From assembly GCA_965202665.1 (NCBI GenBank), contig OZ241841.1, positions 1,664,001 through 1,728,000 on the forward strand: DNA of 64,000 nt, written 5' to 3'. The notes below the pieces were generated by a model. That model did no database searches. It was not told the origin of the DNA and saw nothing but the letters and a program-made list of their open reading frames with translations. Position 1 is the first letter of the stretch. The number at the start of each line of letters is the position of its first letter. A program made the position numbers and the translations under genes. This DNA is from Candidatus Spongiisociaceae bacterium (lineage in GTDB: Bacteria; Actinomycetota; Acidimicrobiia; Spongiisociales; Spongiisociaceae). Positions 12,001 to 19,015 of this stretch are shown in pieces.

Positions 12001-12484
12001 GCGCATTTTTGAATTGGGAGTGACCCGCGGAACCTCCACCACCGAGTTCCGCCCCGGCAATTCGGTGACCAGGGGGCAGATGGCCCAGTTCATCGCCCGC
12101 GCCCTGGCCCACACCATCGCCCGCCCGGTCGGGGTGAGCATCCAAACCGACCCGTCCACCCGGGAGGGCGGCCGGGTGGATGTGGTGGTTTCAGTGCGGG
12201 ACGAAGACTTCCGGCCGGTAACCGGGGCGCGGGTGGATATGTTCACCGCCCGCGACCGGAACTCCGCTTTCACCGACGACGGAGCCTGCATAGCGGCCCA
12301 GGTGGCCAAAGTGGGCGGCTCGCGGGCGTGCGCCATCGACGGTTCGGATCGGGCGACCGGTCCCACCGGCGACATCCGGGTGAAAACGGCCCGCACCGTC
12401 GGAACCACCATCTGGGCCTGGCGGGCCGCCGCCGGAGCCCAACTGAACGACTCCCGCCCCGCCGCCCAACTGACCTTCCGCTAA
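2..12484 (+). CDS. Giant repetitive cell-surface protein (adhesin/S-layer-like): ~30 Calx-beta-like beta-sandwich repeats, Pro-rich linker, cadherin-like beta-sandwich, C-terminal SLH-like domains; 5' end lies outside the window
   Basis: The frame is open from position 2 (KGTSEGAADY...). Repeats carry AGTAExxDY and LTVNDDxVAGE acidic motifs. Poly-Pro at ~11090-11180 is followed by SSDASLRSLRVSPGTLSPGF (cadherin-like beta-sandwich start) and FEDV/FTDI/FADI...GITLG/GVTRG...VTRGQMAQFIARAL SLH-like motifs. Confidence 0.85.
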   Translation, partial: KGTSEGAADYTASSASFNISIPANSSSGSANFTLTAVDDNVAGETDAIAVNGGTLAGYTITGTTVKLIDKDIAPTNIALKLDADADSEGAQTSLGEGTSNRTVRVWAEWVNTSLQLEKKLTIPVTVAAGTAETGDYSVTGGSFNVILPGASQTASTHSFTLTVNDDDVAGETDALSVGGTLAGYTIAAASLTLGDSDAKPTGIALSIVTDHQTADDSVDEGTSGTVTVTASFPSDGSVLETALAVPVVIADGTTDGSSDYAASPSSFNVSIPANSRSGNKNFTLNAKDDDVADGTEEVTVKGGTLAGYLISSDKVKILDGDTAPSVINLTIDADSGTDGAQTSIGEGVSNRSVSVWASFPDGSAVLESDLTVPVVVAAGTAESADYSVGDDSFDVTIGAGTRRSATAASFTLTTADDDLSGESDALSIKGGTLAGYTINPASLTISDADAAPTVITLTIDADANTNGNQTSVDEGVSGRGVRVWASFPAGSVPREADVKVPITVAAGTAESSDYSVDDAALEVTIGAGTLTSATPDSFSLQVRNDNVAGESDALTVKGGTLAGFTIGTAQLSLGDADALPSQIALSTNPTSVAEDGTARSVSVWAELPSTGPVLESALSVPVVVAEGTAEAGDYAVDNATFNVTIGAGRHKSASAGTFNLTVNDDNVAGEKDKIKVGGGTLSGYTITAAEVSLGDADALPSQVILSVDADPGTDGAQTSVGEGVSGRSVSVWAELPSAGPVLESALSVPVAVAAGTAEASDYSITGNTFSVTIGAGTRKSTTAGTFSLTVNDDDVAGESDVLSVGGGSLAGYTITAANLTLGDSDTAPTAITLSASPGNVAEGTANRSVSVTAAWQGSLVRESAVTVPVTVAAGTAEASDYSIVDNTFDVTISAGAASGSGSFSLTVNDDDVAGESDRLSVTGSKAGFTIASAGVTLGDSDAKPSQVTLSVDADSGTDGAQTSVGEGVSGRSVSVWAELPSGGSVLETALSVPVVVAAGTAESSDYAIVDNTFNVTIGAGTRKSASAGTFSLTVNDDNVAVETDVLSVGGGVLAGYTITAANLTLGDSDTAPTAITLSASPGNVGEGTANRSVSVTAAWQGSLVRESAVTVPVTVAAGTAEASDYSIVDNTFDVTISGGAASGSNSFSLTVNNDDVAGEADRLSVTGSKAGFTIASAGVTLDDSDTLPSQITLSIDADPDTDGAQTSVEEGVSGRSVSVWAELPSGGPVLEASLSVPVAVAAGTAEASDYSIVDNTFNVTIGAGTHKSATAGTFSLTVNDDDVSGESDVLSVGGGSLAGYTITAADLTLGDSDTPLTEVTLTLDADPDTGGAQTSVGEGVSGRSVSVWAAFPAGSTPREVDVKVPVVVAAGTAEAGDYSIVDNTFEVTIGAGTLQSATAGTFSLTVNDDNVAGESDKLSVGGGSLAGYTITAADLTLGDSDTAPTAITLSANPGNVAEGTANQSVSVTAAWQGSVVRESAVTVPVTVAAGTAEAGDYSIADNTFDVTISGGAASGSGSFSLTVNDDDVAGESDRLSVTGAKAGFSITSAGVTLGDADTLPSQITLSVDADPGTSGVQTSVGEGVSGRSVSVWAELPSGGPVLESSLSVPVVVAAGTAEAGDYSITDNTFDVTIGAGTHKSASAGTFSLTVNNDNVAVESDVLSVEGGSLAGYTITAASLTLGDSDTEPTAITLSASPGSVAEGTANRSVSVTAAWQGSVVRESAVTVPVTVAAGTAEAGDYSIADNTFDVTISGGAASGSGSFSLTVNNDDVAGESDRLSVTGAKAGFSITSAGVTLGDADTMPSQITLSVDADPGTDGTQSSVGEGVSGRSVSVWAELPATGPVLESALAVPVAVSAGTAEASDYAIVDNTFNVTIGAGTHKSASAGTFSLTVNDDNVAGESDVLSVGGGSLAGYTITAADLTLDDSDTAPTAITLSASPGSVDEGTANQSVLVSAAWQGSVVRESAVTVPVTVAAGTAESSDYSIADNTFDVTIGGGAASGSGSFSLTVNNDDVAGEADRLSVTGSKQGFSITSTGVTLGDADTLPSQITLSIDADPDTGGAQSSVGEGVSGRSVSVWAELPSAGPVLESSLSVPVAVAAGTAETSDYAIVDNTFNVTIGAGTHKSATAGTFSLTVNDDNVAGETDVLLVGGGTLAGYSFTAADLTLDDSDTLPSQITLTIDADSGTDGAQSSVGEGVSGRSVSVWAELPATGPVLESALAVPVAVSAGTAEASDYSIVDNTFNVTIGAGTHKSASAGTFSLTVNDDNVAGETDVLSVGGGTLAGYSFTAASLTLDDSDTAPTAITLSANPGSVDEGTANQSVSVTAAWQGSVVRESALTVPVTVAAGTAESSDYSIVDNTFDVTISGGAASGSGSFTLTVNNDDVAGESDRLSVSGAKAGFTITSAGVTLGDADAKPTSIKILVDADPDTDGAQTSIGEGVSGRSVSVWAEFPSTGPVLESDVTVDVSVTAGTAQAADYSTSGTSGLQVTIGAGGRRATAASFTLNTVDDSIAGESNEAITISGSVSGDASYTFTAAALSITDGDSPPSRIILTVDTDPGTAGSQTNIAEGISNRTVTVTAAFPAGSPTLLTDLRTPVVVEADTAEASDFSVSGGSFTITIASGASSATGTFTLTAADDDLSGESDAIAVKGGVLAGYTIVPASISITDADAAPTKITVTVDVDGSTDGLQTKITEQGPPQTVSVWAEFPDGSTPMESSVSVAVSVEDGTAESDDYVVTGGSFNVTIGGGTRKSATAGTFTLDANEDTVFGEKDAVLVDGTLAGFTVTDAEITIIDSAIAFLDRRVSNPEEDPEEDPPPTTLYPTAIKLTVDTHPGENGAQTSVGEGVSARSVSVWAEFTNGGAGSVFENDQTVAVTVAAGTAEESDYSITDSTFNVVIGAGTRKSATPGTFLLTVADDNVAGETDALLVGGTLGAFTVAGAQVTLGDSDTKPSSVALTVSPTSAAEDGTARTVSVWAELPSTGPVLESALTVPVVVAKGTAETSDYTVDDADFNVTIGAARHKSAAAGSFTLTVRNDDVGGEDDKLQIKGAALSGFTITPAALTLGDADAAPTEIVLSANPSRVEEGENNRSVSVSAAWKGSITRESALTIPVTVSAGTAETSDYDIADDTFDATINGGAASGSGSFTITVNNDQVSGESDKLRITGAKAGFTVAATGLTLGDADTAPVAIALEVDADPDTDGRQSDVPEGTTGRAVKVWAAFPDGSVPREQSVTVNVAIGDGTTDGAADYSTTGTAGLQVTIGAGTRESAVPALFTLTTVDDQISQETGEAITVGGSVAGDSLNLVFSVAAASLGITDGDTPPNRILLTVDADGGSEGNQNAVEEGVSNRQVTVTAAFPDGSPTLPANLDVPVVVADGTAESSDYSVNPANFTIRIAAGASSNTGNFTLTVADDNVAGETDAIEVKGGTLAGYTIEKASISLTDADAVPTKINLSLDNTEVDEGEMEKITITAAFPVGSAVLETKVRVTVMVTPDGSIDPSDYEVSPSSFSIDIPAGSLSSQGSFNLTAKDDDVAGEENDKVKVTGTADGFTFNDPVKVEIVDTDPDPSRILLSVDKNSVDEGETEQVTVTAAFDGSKWDDNTMVKIAVGEEDPQDYTVDEHSFTVTINRATQNVSRTFRLTANEDNDQENEQIFITGTEESVKEFKVVRAEITINDDDSSANPPRVENPTVDPPPPPPTDPPPPPPPPPPPTGPPVLPAAPAQSPSSDASLRSLRVSPGTLSPGFAPATLGYTVAVSANVWTLQVAAVPNHAAARAAIDGTTLSGAHSVFLGSDRKTIDVVVTAEDGSTVRTYRLNITRGTGPGFADSLSALTACTGAALRPFGFEDVAGWFSENDINCIGYYGITLGRSATRFAPSEVVSRWQMALFLFRAAGPAGVTLPAAEDQGFTDIEGLSEEAMRAANMMAQLGVMPGSGGKFNPQGKISRAAMALMLDSFLGLVTVGEGGVARDSVQPDEVLFADIGALSEANQLAIRRIFELGVTRGTSTTEFRPGNSVTRGQMAQFIARALAHTIARPVGVSIQTDPSTREGGRVDVVVSVRDEDFRPVTGARVDMFTARDRNSAFTDDGACIAAQVAKVGGSRACAIDGSDRATGPTGDIRVKTARTVGTTIWAWRAAAGAQLNDSRPAAQLTFR
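2090..7260 (+). repeat. Highly similar tandem coding repeats of two unit types (A ~384 bp, B ~348 bp) forming a 732-bp AB higher-order repeat
   Basis: Near-identical DNA recurs at a 732-bp offset (e.g. 2641 vs 3373; 5221 vs 5953). Unit A contains VDADPGTDGAQTSVGEGVSGRSVSVWAELP; unit B contains SASPGNVAEGTANRSVSVTAAWQGS. Confidence 0.9.
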
Positions 12485-12668
12485 CCGGGCTTCCGGCGCG
12501 ATTTCCCGGCCAAAACCATTTATGTCGCACGCCCGCGGCTAGTATGGGCGCATCGCCCGCCGGGGTTCGGCGCGCGATGTCGAACAATCTAAAATGACCG
12601 GGCAAACAGGTTGATGCGGTGGGTTGCGAACCACCTCGGAGCAGACGAAACAGGAGGAAGCGAAAGTG

Positions 12669-15227
12669 ATGAAAATTCGTTCCAAGATGACGGCCGTATG
12701 GGCCGTCCTAATGGTCTTGGCCTTGGTGGCCGCCGCTTGCGGAGGAGGCGACGCCGACGACGCGGAGTCCCCGACCACCACCGTCGCCGCCGCCACCGCG
12801 GAAACCGCACCCGAAACCACCGCTCCGCCGGCTACGTTGGCCGCGGGCGAGGAGTTTTCAGCCGGCCCGTTGGGGGCGGTGGAGGTAGCCCCGGGCGATG
12901 ACGTTCAGATTCGTTCGTTGGAGGCCATCACCGGCGATGTGGCCTTTTTGGGCATTCCCAACCAGCGGGGCGTGAAAATGGCGATCGAGGATTACGGTCC
13001 CATTAAGGGCCACAACGTGACTTTCGGGGTGGGGTTGGATGATTTGTGTTCGCCGGACGGGGGGCAGGCGGCGGCTCAGCAGATCGTGGCCGACCCGCAG
13101 GTGGTGGGGGTGATCGGCACTTCCTGTTCGGGGGCCGCCACCGCCGCTTCGCCGCTGATTTCGGACGCCGGGTTGGTGATGATTTCCGCTTCCAACACTT
13201 CCCCGGCTTTAACCTCCAACCTGGCGGGCGTCCCCGGCGACTCCTATCAAAAAGGTTATTACCGGGTGGCCCACAACGATTTGTTCCAGGGCCGGGCGGT
13301 GGCCGAGTTCGTCCGCAACTCCCTGGGCCTGAGCACCGCGGCGGCCATTCACGACGGCGATCCGTACACGGAGGGTTTGGCTTCCGCTTTCGCCGATGCT
13401 TTCGCCGAGGTGGGGGGTACGGTTACCACGGTGGCGGCGGTGAACAAGGGGGACACCGATATGACTCCGGTGCTGACGGAGGTGGCTACCGGTTCCCCGC
13501 AGGTGCTGTTTTTCCCGATTTTCCCGCCGGAGGGCGGTTACATCGCCCAGCAGGTGGGGAGCGTGTCCGGCATGGAGGGCGTGGTGTTGGTGGGGGCGGA
13601 CGGGTTGCTGGTGGACAACCATATGGAGTTGCCGGAGTCGGAGGGAATGTATTTCTCCGGCCCCGACCTGCGTTACGGTTCCAACCGCAACAGCGTCACC
13701 GGCAAGTCGGCGGACGAGTTCCTGGCCCAGTATGAAGAGGAGTACGGGGAGGCCCCGTCGGCTCCTTTCTGGGCCCACGCCTACGACGCCGCCATCATGC
13801 TGTTGTCCGCCATCGACCGGGCTTCGGTGGATCAGGAGGGAACCTTGTGGATCGACCGGCAGCAGGTGCGGGACGCTTTGGAATCCACCATGTTCGACGG
13901 AATCATCGGCTCCATTTCCTGCGACGCCTACGGGGACTGCGGGGCGGGGAAGATCACGGTGGTGCATCACGCCGACTCCTCCAACTTGGAGGCGGGCAAG
14001 CAGAACGTAGTGTTCAGCTACTCCCCGACGGCGGTCACCGGAGACGGGTTCGTTCCCGGTTCGCTGGGAGTGGTGGAGGTGGCCCCGGGCGATGACATTC
14101 AGCTTCGTTCGTTGCTGGCCATCAGCGGCGATGTGGCCTTTTTGGGCATCCCCGACCAGCGGGCCACCAAGATAGCGATGGAGGATTTCGGTCCCATCAA
14201 AGGGTTCAACGTGACCTTCGGGGTGGGGTTGGATGATCTGTGTTCGCCGGACGGGGGGCAGGCGGCGGCTCAGCAGATCGTGGCCGACCCGCAGGTGGTG
14301 GGGGTGATCGGCACTTCCTGTTCGGGGGCCGCCACCGCCGCTTCGCCGCTGATTTCGGACGCCGGGTTGGTGATGATCTCATCATCCAACACCTCCCCGG
14401 CTTTGACCTCCGATTTGGCGGGCACCCCGGGGCCGTCGTGGAACAAAGGTTATTACCGGGTGGCCCACAACGATTTGTTCCAGGGCCGGGCGGTGGCCGA
14501 GTTCATCAAAAACAATTTGGAACTGGACATAGCGGCCACCATCCACGACGGCGATCCGTACACGCAGGGTTTGGCTTCCGCTTTCGCCAACGCTTTCACT
14601 CAGTTGGGGGGTACGGTGACGACGGTGGCGGCGGTGAACAAGGGCGACACCGATATGACGCCGGTGTTGACGGAGGTAGCGGCCGGTTCCCCGCAGGTGC
14701 TGTTTTTCCCGATTTTCCCGCCGGAGGGCGGTTACATCGCCCAGCAGGTGGGGAGCGTGTCCGGCATGGAGGATGTGGTGTTGGTGGGGGCGGACGGGTT
14801 GCTGGTGGACAACCATATGGAGTTGCCGGAGTCGGAGGGAATGTATTTCTCCGGCCCCGACCTGCGTTACGGTTCCAACCGCAACAGCGTCACCGGCAAG
14901 TCGGCGGACGAGTTCCTGGCCCAGTATGAAGAGGAGTACGGGGAGCCCCCGTCGGCTCCTTTCTGGGCCCACTCCTACGACGCCACCGTCATGTTGCTGT
15001 CCGCCATTCAAGAAGCCTCCAACGAGGACGGCAGCGGGTCGTTGCTGATCGATCGGGCGGCCCTGCGGGCGGCGGTGGACGCCACCATGTTCGACGGAAT
15101 CATCGGCCCCATCTCCTGCGACGCCTTCGGGGACTGCGGGGCGGGGAAGATCACGGTGGTCTATCACACCGACTCCTCCGACTTGGCGGCGGGCAAGGAA
15201 AACGTAGTGTTCAGCTTCTCCCCCTGA
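12669..15227 (+). CDS. Branched-chain amino acid (LivJ/K-like) ABC substrate-binding lipoprotein with two tandem binding domains
   Basis: SD AGGAGG at ~12652, ATG at 12669, lipobox LVAAAC. Two copies of DDLCSPDGG...VVGVIGTSCSGAA...SNTSPALT...YYRVAHND...AHAYDA. Confidence 0.9.
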   Translation: MKIRSKMTAVWAVLMVLALVAAACGGGDADDAESPTTTVAAATAETAPETTAPPATLAAGEEFSAGPLGAVEVAPGDDVQIRSLEAITGDVAFLGIPNQRGVKMAIEDYGPIKGHNVTFGVGLDDLCSPDGGQAAAQQIVADPQVVGVIGTSCSGAATAASPLISDAGLVMISASNTSPALTSNLAGVPGDSYQKGYYRVAHNDLFQGRAVAEFVRNSLGLSTAAAIHDGDPYTEGLASAFADAFAEVGGTVTTVAAVNKGDTDMTPVLTEVATGSPQVLFFPIFPPEGGYIAQQVGSVSGMEGVVLVGADGLLVDNHMELPESEGMYFSGPDLRYGSNRNSVTGKSADEFLAQYEEEYGEAPSAPFWAHAYDAAIMLLSAIDRASVDQEGTLWIDRQQVRDALESTMFDGIIGSISCDAYGDCGAGKITVVHHADSSNLEAGKQNVVFSYSPTAVTGDGFVPGSLGVVEVAPGDDIQLRSLLAISGDVAFLGIPDQRATKIAMEDFGPIKGFNVTFGVGLDDLCSPDGGQAAAQQIVADPQVVGVIGTSCSGAATAASPLISDAGLVMISSSNTSPALTSDLAGTPGPSWNKGYYRVAHNDLFQGRAVAEFIKNNLELDIAATIHDGDPYTQGLASAFANAFTQLGGTVTTVAAVNKGDTDMTPVLTEVAAGSPQVLFFPIFPPEGGYIAQQVGSVSGMEDVVLVGADGLLVDNHMELPESEGMYFSGPDLRYGSNRNSVTGKSADEFLAQYEEEYGEPPSAPFWAHSYDATVMLLSAIQEASNEDGSGSLLIDRAALRAAVDATMFDGIIGPISCDAFGDCGAGKITVVYHTDSSDLAAGKENVVFSFSP
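12860..15220 (+). repeat. Intragenic tandem duplication (1194-bp offset) of the binding-domain coding region
   Basis: Long identical DNA stretches at an offset of 1194 (e.g. 13046 vs 14240). Confidence 0.9.
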
Positions 15228-15250
15228 TCCCCGACCGCAACTTTTCCGGG

Positions 15251-15284
15251 AAGCGGCGCCGCCCACGGACGGCGCCGCTTTCTC
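15251..15284 (+). terminator. GC-rich hairpin after the SBP gene (terminator or mRNA-stabilising stem)
   Basis: AAGCGGCGCCG-cccacgga-CGGCGCCGCTT perfect 11-bp stem followed by TCTC. Confidence 0.65.
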
Positions 15285-15351
15285 GTCGGGGAGCCCGAAT
15301 GCCGGGGCAAACCGCGCCGCGCCGGGCGGTCATCCGGTAAAGTAGTTTCCC

Positions 15352-16446
15352 GTGACTACCTCATCGGCTCTGCGGCGACGCTGGCGGGTTCCCAACTGGG
15401 TGGATTCGTTTCTCTGGTTTCTGCGCCTGGCCGCCATCCTGGTGCTCATCTGGGGCGTAACCGGAACCGTGGTGCGGGGGATAAACGGCGAAGGACCCAC
15501 CGGCGAGGCGTGGCGGGACCTGATTATCGCCGGCGTCGCCCAAGGGGCGATGTACGGATTGATCGCCCTGGGCTACTCCATGGTGTACGGCGTGCTGGGG
15601 TTCATCAACTTCGCCCACGGCGAAGTGTTCATGTCGGGGGCGATGGTGGGTTTTTTCGTGGCCAACTACCTGTTCGACGCCGGGATGTGGGAAGCCAACT
15701 TCATTTTGGCCCTGTTTTTGGTGTTGCTCACCTCCATCCTCACCTCCACCCTGGTGGCCGTCATCGTGGAACGGGTGGCCTACCGCCCGTTGCGCAACGC
15801 CCCCCGCCTCATCCCGCTCATCACCTCCATCGGCATCTCCTTTTTCCTGCAATACACTTTCGCCGGCCTGTTCGGGGTGGCGGTGAACAGCTACCCGCCT
15901 CCCCCCGACGGATTGCGGGAGCGCATCAACCTGCTGGGGCTGCAAATAGAAGGAGTGAAACTGCTGGTCATCGCGGTGGCGGTGGTTTCCATGGTGGGTT
16001 TGTACCTGTTCGTGGAGCGCACCCGCGCCGGACGGGCCATTCGGGCGGTGGCCGAAGACAAAGAAATCGCCGCCCTGATGGGAATCAACGTCAACCGCAC
16101 CATCGTGGCCACCTTCGCGGTGGGCGGGGCGATGGCCGGGGTGGCGGGAACCCTGTGGGCCCTCCTGTTCCGGGGGGTGTCGTTCATCACCGGTTTCCTG
16201 CCCGGGATTAAAGCTTTCACCGCCGCCGTGCTGGGGGGCATCGGCAACCTGGTGGGGGCGATGACCGGGGGGTTGCTGCTGGGGGTGTTCGAAGGGGTGA
16301 TGCCGCAGCTGGTGCTGGGCGGGCTGGGGATCCCCGGCGTGGCCCAGCTGAAAGACGTGGTGGCTTTCACCGCCCTGGTGCTGGTTTTGGTGTTCCGCCC
16401 CACCGGACTGCTGGGCGAGCGCCTGTCGGTGGAGGACCGGACATGA
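15352..16446 (+). CDS. livH: Branched-chain amino acid ABC transporter permease
   Basis: GAMYGLIALGYSMVYGVLGFINFAHGE, GRAIRAVAED and KAFTAAVLGGIG motifs. Confidence 0.92.
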   Translation: MTTSSALRRRWRVPNWVDSFLWFLRLAAILVLIWGVTGTVVRGINGEGPTGEAWRDLIIAGVAQGAMYGLIALGYSMVYGVLGFINFAHGEVFMSGAMVGFFVANYLFDAGMWEANFILALFLVLLTSILTSTLVAVIVERVAYRPLRNAPRLIPLITSIGISFFLQYTFAGLFGVAVNSYPPPPDGLRERINLLGLQIEGVKLLVIAVAVVSMVGLYLFVERTRAGRAIRAVAEDKEIAALMGINVNRTIVATFAVGGAMAGVAGTLWALLFRGVSFITGFLPGIKAFTAAVLGGIGNLVGAMTGGLLLGVFEGVMPQLVLGGLGIPGVAQLKDVVAFTALVLVLVFRPTGLLGERLSVEDRT

Positions 16447-18236
16447 TGGAACAAACCGCCCTGGCCGCCCACTGGCGCCAAACCTTGCGCTGGGGGCTGA
16501 TCGGCGGGTTGCTGATGGTGTTCGCGGCCGCGGTGGGGATGGTGCAACTGTTCGACGAGGCCCGCGTCGTCATCCACCCGGTGTTGAGCCTGGGCTACCT
16601 GTCCCTGTTCTGGTTCGTCCCGCTGGCCGGATACCTGGCCACCAAAGTAAAAGTCCTGGAAGGCATGGCCGCCCCCCCCGCCGGCCTGCGCAACGTAGCG
16701 GCCGGGGCCCTGTCCGGCCTGGTCGGCTGGGCGCTGCTGGCGGCTTTCACCCTGCTCATCAACGCCTTCAACCTGCGGGACGTGTTCGTAAAACTGTCCC
16801 CCAAACTGGTCCTGTTGCTCACCTTCGGCCGCGGTTTGGGGGCCGGCCTGGCTTTGCTGGCGTTGGCGGCGGTTCTGCTGGGGACGGCGGGCGGCGCGGC
16901 CCATGTGCTCCCCCGCCATTGGCGGCGGGCGGTGATCCTGGCCGTGGAATGGGTGTTGATCATCGCCATTCTGGAAACGGTGTTCACCCAGGTGCTGCGC
17001 GAGGTGGGTTTAATCCGGGTGGCGTCGGCCGTGTTCGACGAAGGCGGAATACAATGGTGGTCGGCCATCCTCATCGCCCTGCTGGCCGGGGTGCTGTCTT
17101 TGGCCTCCGCCCGCCGTGAAGGGAATCGCCCCAACCGGTTCAAAGCCTTCCTTTTCCCGTCCGAAGGCCGGCGCCGCACCCGCAATTCGTTGCTGACCGC
17201 GGCGGCGGTGCTGATTTTGCTCGTCATCCTGCCGCAAGTGATGGGGTCGCTCCTGTCCGACCTGCTGGCCAACGTGGGCCTGTTTCTGCTGATGGGCCTG
17301 GGGTTGAACATAGTGGTCGGGTTGGCGGGGATGCTGGACTTGGGATACGTGGCCTTCTTCGCAGTGGGCGCCTACACGGTGGGGGTGCTGACCTCCCCGG
17401 TCTCCCCCCGCTTCGACCTGGGATGGCCCTGGTGGGCGGCCCTGCCCGCCGCCCTGGTGGTGTCGGCCATCGCCGGCATCCTGGTGGGCACCCCGGTGAT
17501 TCGCATGCGGGGCGACTACCTGGCCATCGTCACCCTCGGCTTCGGGGAGATAGTGCGCATCCTGTTTTTGTCCGACTGGCTGGCCCCCACTTTCGGCGGC
17601 GCCCAGGGGGTGTTGAACATTCCCGGCATACCGCTCGGTTTCACCGAGGTGCGGGGCACCAACCCGCAGGGCATCCTCTACTTCGCGGCCGCCCTGGTGA
17701 TCATCGCCGCCTGGGTTTCCTGGGCCCTGCAGGAGTCCCGCATCGGCCGCGCCTGGACCGCTTTGCGGGAAGACGAAACGGTGGCTTCGGCGATGGGCAT
17801 CAACACGGTGCGGGCCAAACTGAACGCCTTCATCGTAGGGGCGATCCTGGCCGGAATGGGAGGGGCCCTGTTTTCGGCCAAAATCGGGTCGGTCTTCCCC
17901 AAATCCTTCGAGTTGCTGGTGTCGATGATCATCCTGGTGGTGGTGATCGTGGGCGGCATGGGGAACATCACCGGGGTGGCGGTGGGGGCGGTGGTCCTGA
18001 TCGGGGTGCTGGGCGGCCCCCGCCAGCCGGGACTGCTGCAGGAGTTCGGCGAGTTCAAACTGCTCATCTACGGGGCGCTGCTGGTGTTTATGATGCTCCG
18101 CCGGCCTGAGGGGCTGGTGCCCAGCGTCCGACGATCCCGCGAGTTGCACGCCGACGAGTTGACCCAGGACGCCTGGTTGGACAAAGACGGGACCTTCACC
18201 GACGCGGAGGCCCTGCCGGGCGGGGAGCGGTCCTGA
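16443..18236 (+). CDS. livM: Branched-chain amino acid ABC transporter permease with an extended N-terminal membrane region
   Basis: GLNIVVGLAGMLDLGYVAFFAVGAY, RMRGDYLAIVTLGFGEI and GRAWTALREDE motifs. Confidence 0.9.
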   Translation: MMEQTALAAHWRQTLRWGLIGGLLMVFAAAVGMVQLFDEARVVIHPVLSLGYLSLFWFVPLAGYLATKVKVLEGMAAPPAGLRNVAAGALSGLVGWALLAAFTLLINAFNLRDVFVKLSPKLVLLLTFGRGLGAGLALLALAAVLLGTAGGAAHVLPRHWRRAVILAVEWVLIIAILETVFTQVLREVGLIRVASAVFDEGGIQWWSAILIALLAGVLSLASARREGNRPNRFKAFLFPSEGRRRTRNSLLTAAAVLILLVILPQVMGSLLSDLLANVGLFLLMGLGLNIVVGLAGMLDLGYVAFFAVGAYTVGVLTSPVSPRFDLGWPWWAALPAALVVSAIAGILVGTPVIRMRGDYLAIVTLGFGEIVRILFLSDWLAPTFGGAQGVLNIPGIPLGFTEVRGTNPQGILYFAAALVIIAAWVSWALQESRIGRAWTALREDETVASAMGINTVRAKLNAFIVGAILAGMGGALFSAKIGSVFPKSFELLVSMIILVVVIVGGMGNITGVAVGAVVLIGVLGGPRQPGLLQEFGEFKLLIYGALLVFMMLRRPEGLVPSVRRSRELHADELTQDAWLDKDGTFTDAEALPGGERS

Positions 18237-19015
18237 TGCCCCTGTTGGAAATTCGCGGACTGCACAAGTCCTTCGGAGGGGTGGAGGCCCTGGCCGGGGT
18301 GGACTTCCATGTGGAACGGGACGAGATCGTGTCGGTGATCGGCCCCAACGGGGCGGGCAAAACCTCCTTTTTCAACGCGGTGACCGGCATCTATCCGCCC
18401 GACCGGGGCGAGTTGCTTTTCAAAGAACGCAACCTGGCCGGGTTGGAACCGAGCGACATCACCGCCTTGGGCATCGCCCGCACCTTCCAGACGGTGCGCC
18501 TCTTCCCCAACATGACCGTGTTGGAAAACGTGATGGTGGCCCAGCACTGCCGCACCAAAGCCGGGTCTTTCCAGGCCATTTTCCGCACTCCCGCCTTCCG
18601 CCGGGAAGAAGCCCTCATCGCCGAAAACGCCCGCAACATCCTGTCCTTTTTCGGTTCCCGGCTGGTCGGATACCGGTTCGACCAACCCGCTTTTTCCCTG
18701 TCCTACGCCAACCGGCGCCGGTTGGAAATCGCCCGGGCGATGGCCGCCGAACCGGACCTGTTGTTGTTGGACGAACCGGTGGCGGGCATGAACCCGCAGG
18801 AAACCGCCGAGTTGATCGGCCTCATCCGCCGCCTGCGCGACGAACGGGGTTTCACGGTGGTGGTAATCGAACACGACATGCGGGTGGTGCGGGAAGTGAG
18901 CGACCGGGTGGCGGTGCTCGATCACGGCGTGAAGATCGCCGAAGGCTCCTACGAACAGGTGTCCTCCGACGAAAACGTGATCGAAGCTTATTTGGGACGA
19001 CCGGCGGCGGGATGA
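18236..19015 (+). CDS. livG: ABC transporter ATP-binding protein
   Basis: GPNGAGKT, GIARTFQ, LSYANRRRLEIARA, LLLDEP; C-terminal VIEAYLG. Confidence 0.92.
   Translation: MPLLEIRGLHKSFGGVEALAGVDFHVERDEIVSVIGPNGAGKTSFFNAVTGIYPPDRGELLFKERNLAGLEPSDITALGIARTFQTVRLFPNMTVLENVMVAQHCRTKAGSFQAIFRTPAFRREEALIAENARNILSFFGSRLVGYRFDQPAFSLSYANRRRLEIARAMAAEPDLLLLDEPVAGMNPQETAELIGLIRRLRDERGFTVVVIEHDMRVVREVSDRVAVLDHGVKIAEGSYEQVSSDENVIEAYLGRPAAG

Noticed and set aside
172-12470. Many minus-strand and alternate-frame ORFs inside the giant gene
   Set aside because: They are repeating shadow ORFs caused by high GC and the coding repeats, with no independent motifs.
12860-15220. Diversity-generating retroelement template/variable repeat pair
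   Set aside because: Both copies are full coding domains, the differences are not adenine-specific, and no reverse transcriptase is present.
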